Shown here piece by piece: positions 60,070-64,000 of a DNA stretch of 64,000 nt. The notes under the pieces are model-generated. The model was given only the letters and a program-made list of their open reading frames with translations, did no database searches and was not told the DNA's origin. The position numbers and the translations under genes are program-made. This DNA is from Pristiophorus japonicus (taxonomy: Eukaryota): contig NC_091978.1 of the NCBI RefSeq assembly GCF_044704955.1, forward strand, positions 373,178,001 through 373,242,000, given 5' to 3'. The stretch's first letter is position 1, and each line of letters starts with the position of its first letter.

Positions 60070-60600
60070 TTTGGTCCAGAACTTGTGGTCAGCAGTGAAA
60101 CAAAGACCCCACGATCGGCGATCTCCGATCTCCGCAGCGAGAAGATTGCCTCTGTGATGTCAGCGCGGTATAGTGGGGAATCCCCAGCGCCAGCTGCTGT
60201 GGACGGCAACCAGCTGTCTGAGCAGCCAATCGCATTGCAGAATTCTCTCAGACCAGGAAATGAGAAGCTGCTTTTATCCAAACTTTTTAAAGATGTCGCA
60301 GAGACCAAAACACAGATTGAGGCTCTCGCACGGGGATAAGGCTGAACCTGAAATATCACACACACACAAACAAAAAGAAAAGTTTCTTTAAAAGTTTGAA
60401 TTTTTATCACCTTAGAGAAATTTGACACTCCACAAAATTAAAATGAGTTTTTCAGGGCCCATAAACCTTTGTTTAGCAGTCAGCACACTGTTAAATCCCC
60501 AGTTATACCAATCCAACAGGTTCTAACTTGTAATGAGGTGTTTAACAGCGGCATTCCCCCGGAAAAGCCCAGGTTTAGTCCGTTGGACTGATTGCCGGGG
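60070..60600 (+). repeat. Family X dispersed repeat with a GGGGAATCCCC kB-type site (60175-60185)
   Basis: About 500 bp of colinear similarity to the reverse complement of 39130-39630. Confidence 0.75.
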
Positions 60601-60635
60601 GAGGGGGAGGGCGCAGGCTGTGTCGAAGCAGTGAC

Positions 60636-61352
60636 TGTCTGGGGGGGGGGGGGGGGCACATTCTGTGGGAGGGGGGCACACTGAGGGGGAGGGGGCACAC
60701 TCTGTGGGGGGGCACACTATGGGGGAGGGCGGGGCACACTATGGGGGAGGGGGGCACACTATGGGGGAGGGGGGCACACTGAGGGGGAAGGGGGCACACT
60801 ATGGGGGAGGGGGGGCACACTATGGGGGAGGGGGGCACACTCTGTGGGGGGGGCACACTATGGGGGAGGGGGGCACACTCTGTGGGGGGGCACACTGAGG
60901 GGGAGGGGGGCATACTATGGGGGAGGGGGGCACACTCTGTGGGAGGGGGGTACACTCTGGGAGGGGGGCACACTGAGGGGAAGGGGGGCACACTGAGGGG
61001 GAGGGGGGCACACTCTGTGGGAGGGGGGCACACTGAGGGGAAGGGGGGCACACTGAGGGGAAGGGGGGCACACTGAGGGGAAGGGGGGCACACTATGGTG
61101 GAGGGGGGGCACACTATGGGGGAGGGGGGCACACTCTGTGGGAGGGGGGCACACTGAGGGGAAGGGGGGCACACTCTGTGGGAGGGGGGCACACTGAGGG
61201 GGAGGGGGGCACACTGAGGGGGAGGGGGGCACACTGAGGGGGAGGGGGGCACACTGAGGGGAAGGGGGGCACACTGAGGGGGAGGGGGGCACACTGAGGG
61301 GAAGGGGGGCACACTGAGGGGGAGGGGGGCACACTATGGGGGAGGGGGGCAC
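60636..61352. repeat. G-rich 20-22-bp minisatellite (GGGGGGCACACTGAGGGGGA / CACACTATG / CACACTCTGTG variants)
   Basis: Direct inspection; G4-prone on the + (pre-mRNA) strand. Confidence 0.93.
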
Positions 61353-61634
61353 AGCCCGTGTCCGAGCAGTGAGCGACAGTTCACAACCTCAGCATTTGTG
61401 TGTTACCATGCGCCTGCACTAAATCCCGACGTCGCACTCGGGGTCAAAGGGTCCGAACTTCGAATGCCGGCAGTTTGCTGCAAGTTTCAGCATTTTACCC
61501 GGTCTAACTCGGGCACATTCCTATCCTCAGAGTTAAATAGACCTTTCCTGTTGCTACAGTGAGGCTCTATAAAGATTTATTTAGCTGCGCACCACACTTG
61601 GTCCCAATGTCTCAAGTCTTTATCATTTGTTCTC

Positions 61635-61835
61635 TGGATGCTGGCAAGGCCGGCATTTATTGCCCATCCCTAATTGCCCCTTGAGAAGGTGGTGGTGAGC
61701 CGCCTTCTTGAACCGCTGCAGTCCGTGTGGTGAAGGTGCTCCCACAGTGCTGTTAGGGAGGGAGTTCCAGGATTGTGACCCAGCGACGATGAAGGAACGG
61801 CCGATATATTTCCAAGTCAGGATGGTGTGTGACTG
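61635..61835 (-). mobile_element. 3' end of another CR1-group LINE family
   Basis: RSFIVAGSQSWNSLP...FKKAAHHHLL C-terminus; tail shared with 44535-44612. Confidence 0.7.
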
Positions 61836-62120
61836 GGAAGTGTTTGCTGATAGAGTCTGCAGCGCTGTGAGATGCCCCATTTAATAAGTTTCCTGTTCCA
61901 GTGCAGCCTGGAAATCAGTGATACTGCAGCCACTGGCCTACCCAGCCGGAGAATAACACAGGGACTGACACAAGAAAATCAGCAACGTGTGTTGAATGGT
62001 GCGCAGGCTGCCGTCCGTATTTTGAACGTCGTGTGTAATCGTTCACTCTAGGATATTCAGTTGGAATTTCTATTACAAACACGAGCCAGGATGTTGATCC
62101 TAAACTTAGCTTTTGCCTTT

Positions 62121-62620
62121 CATAAGAACATAAGAAATAGGAGCAGGAGTTGGCCATTCGGCCCCTCGAGCCGGCTCCGCCATTCAATAAGATCATGGCT
62201 GATCTGATCATGGACTCAGCTCCACTTCCCGGCCCGCTCCCCATAACCCTTCACTCCCTTATCGCTCAAAAATTTGTCTATCTCCACCTTAAATATATTC
62301 AATGTCCCAGCCTCCACAGCTCTCTGGGGCAGAGAATTCCACAGATTTACAACCCTCTGAGAGAAGAAATTCCTCCTCATGTCAGTTTTAAATGGGCGGC
62401 CCCTTATTCTGAGACTATGTCCCCTAGTTCTAGATTCCCCCACGAGGGGAAACATCCTCTCTGCATCTACCCTGTCGAACCCCCTCAGAATCTTTTATGT
62501 TTTAATAAGATCACCTCACATTCTTCTAAACTCCAATGAGTACAGGCCCAACCTGCTCAAACTTTCCTCTTAAGACAACCCCTTCATCTCAGGAATCAAC
62601 CGAGTGAGCCTTCTCTGGAT
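62121..62620 (-). mobile_element. CR1 3' end
   Basis: MFPLVGESRTRGHSLRIRG; cataagaa tail. Confidence 0.88.
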
Positions 62621-63377
62621 TGAACTCTTAACTTTTGGGAAAATAAAGGCAGTGTTCTCTCTCCAATCAATGCATTTTTAAATGTAACAGAGTGAATGGG
62701 GTTAATTTTAATGCAACTGGTCCAGCGGGAATCCCCGGGATTGGGAGCGCTGCCGGATTCACATCCCGCCTGAAATTATTCCCCATCGGATTCCACCGAG
62801 AGTGATATCGGGAGGGGGGGGCGGGGGGCGGGGGAGACCCGGCGTCATTCCCATCGCGTTGGTTTCCCAGCGGGGGGAGGGGGGCTTTGATTAAAGTCTC
62901 TTCCCCCGCCCCCCCCCCCCCCCCCCCGCTCTCAATCAGCAGCAGAGACACGGATGCTCATGTTGAGTTTTCTGGTAACGAGAGAGGAATTTGTGTGACA
63001 GGCGCTGGATCGGAATCCGCTATTCTGGGGGGAGAGAGGAGAGAGGATCAGACGGAAGCTGCAAACTGCATCTTTCGCAGAAATTCTCGACATTCTTCGA
63101 AAAATGGGGCTTTCCACTTTGTGTGTATTGGGGGGCGTGTGAGGGAGGCTCGGAACGCGAACTGTAACATTAAATGTTAGCAAAGTTCAAAAACTTTCCA
63201 GTCCTCCCATTTTGATAATAGCGGATGGAAATTGTTTTTTTTAAATAAAAATCTAAAAAACATTAATCAGTTGGGTCAAATCATCAGTACTGAGTTTACA
63301 GAGACGGTTTAGGAAATGTGAGAGAGATGGGGAGTAAGGGAATGTGAAAGAGACAGAGAGAGGAAATGACGAGATTT

Positions 63378-63845
63378 GAACAGACTGATCCCTGGGATGG
63401 GGGGGATTGTCCTATGAGGAGAGATTGAGCAGACTAGGCCGATATTCTCTAGAGTTTAGAAGAATGAGAGGTGATCTCATTGAAACATACAAGATTCTTA
63501 CAGGGCTTGACAGGGTAGATGCAGGGAGGATGTTTCCCCCCCGGGCTGGGGAGTCTAGAACCAGGGGTCACAGTCTCAGGATAAGGGGTCGGCCATTTAG
63601 GACTGAGATGAGGAGGAATTTCTTCACTCAGAGGGTGGTGAATCTTTGGAATTCTCTGCCCCAGAGGGCTGTGGAGGCTCAGTCGTTGAGTATATTCAAG
63701 GCTGAGATCGCTAGATTTTTGGATATTAAGGGAATCGAGGGATATGGGGATCGGGCGGGAAAGTGGAGTTGAGGTCAAAGATCAGCCATGATCTCATTGA
63801 ATGGCGGAGCGGGATAGAGAGGTCGTTCCTGCTTCTAATTCTTGG
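63378..63845 (+). mobile_element. CR1 3' end
   Basis: YEERLSRLG.YSLEFRRMRGDL...NFFTQRVVNLWNSLP. Confidence 0.88.
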
Positions 63846-64000
63846 AGTCGGGGAATTCTGAGAATAAAGGGTTAAAATGGGTGTTTAAGGAGGGAGCGCC
63901 TATAAGAGCAAAAGGAAGACTATCCAAATTGGGTCCAGAAACTCAGTTACCAGTGCCGGCACCTGCTGATGAAAATAACAGAGTCAGCAATGTCCATGTG

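Noticed and set aside
62960-63030. RGICVTGAG resembling NFKB1 exon 9 (RTAGCVTGG)
   Set aside because: It lacks APNASNLKIVRMD and EEIYLLCDKVQK and has no fitting phase-1 acceptor. Exon 9 lies beyond the window.
48666-63115. Additional isolated kB consensus matches (48666-48675 minus, 62727-62736, 63106-63115)
   Set aside because: About 16 matches are expected by chance in 64 kb. These lie in or at repeat edges without supporting motif clusters.

Overview
Eukaryotic genomic DNA, most likely from a shark or other cartilaginous fish (inferred from the CR1/HER1-type LINEs, RTE, Penelope, L2 and Deu-domain SINE content). The window holds the 5' coding part of NFKB1 (NF-kB p105/p50) on the + strand. 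There are seven exons equivalent to human exons 2-8 (204-249, 5466-5556, 18293-18333, 29287-29385, 56659-56810, 57780-57943, 59812-59970). All introns are GT-AG and phase-compatible, and the exons splice to 745 coding nt: MAEEDTYRLGISN...[52 protein letters not shown]...[11 protein letters not shown]. None of the long ORFs in the supplied track is this gene; they are LINE remnants or read-through of tandem repeats. The introns are dominated by nested retroelements. The most striking pattern is that about 17 GC-rich minisatellites occur here and most have grown inside transposable elements. They include six copies of a Deu-domain SINE each carrying a 33-bp VNTR (an SVA-like architecture) and a VNTR hotspot in the RTE 5' UTR. 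Also notable: a TSD-flanked bipartite non-autonomous RTE, a Penelope minimal hammerhead ribozyme, and an unclassified dispersed repeat carrying kB/CCAAT/ETS-like motifs inside the NF-kB gene itself. Exon coordinates were counted by hand and are exact. Repeat boundaries are approximate, and family names come from motif recognition, not database searches.
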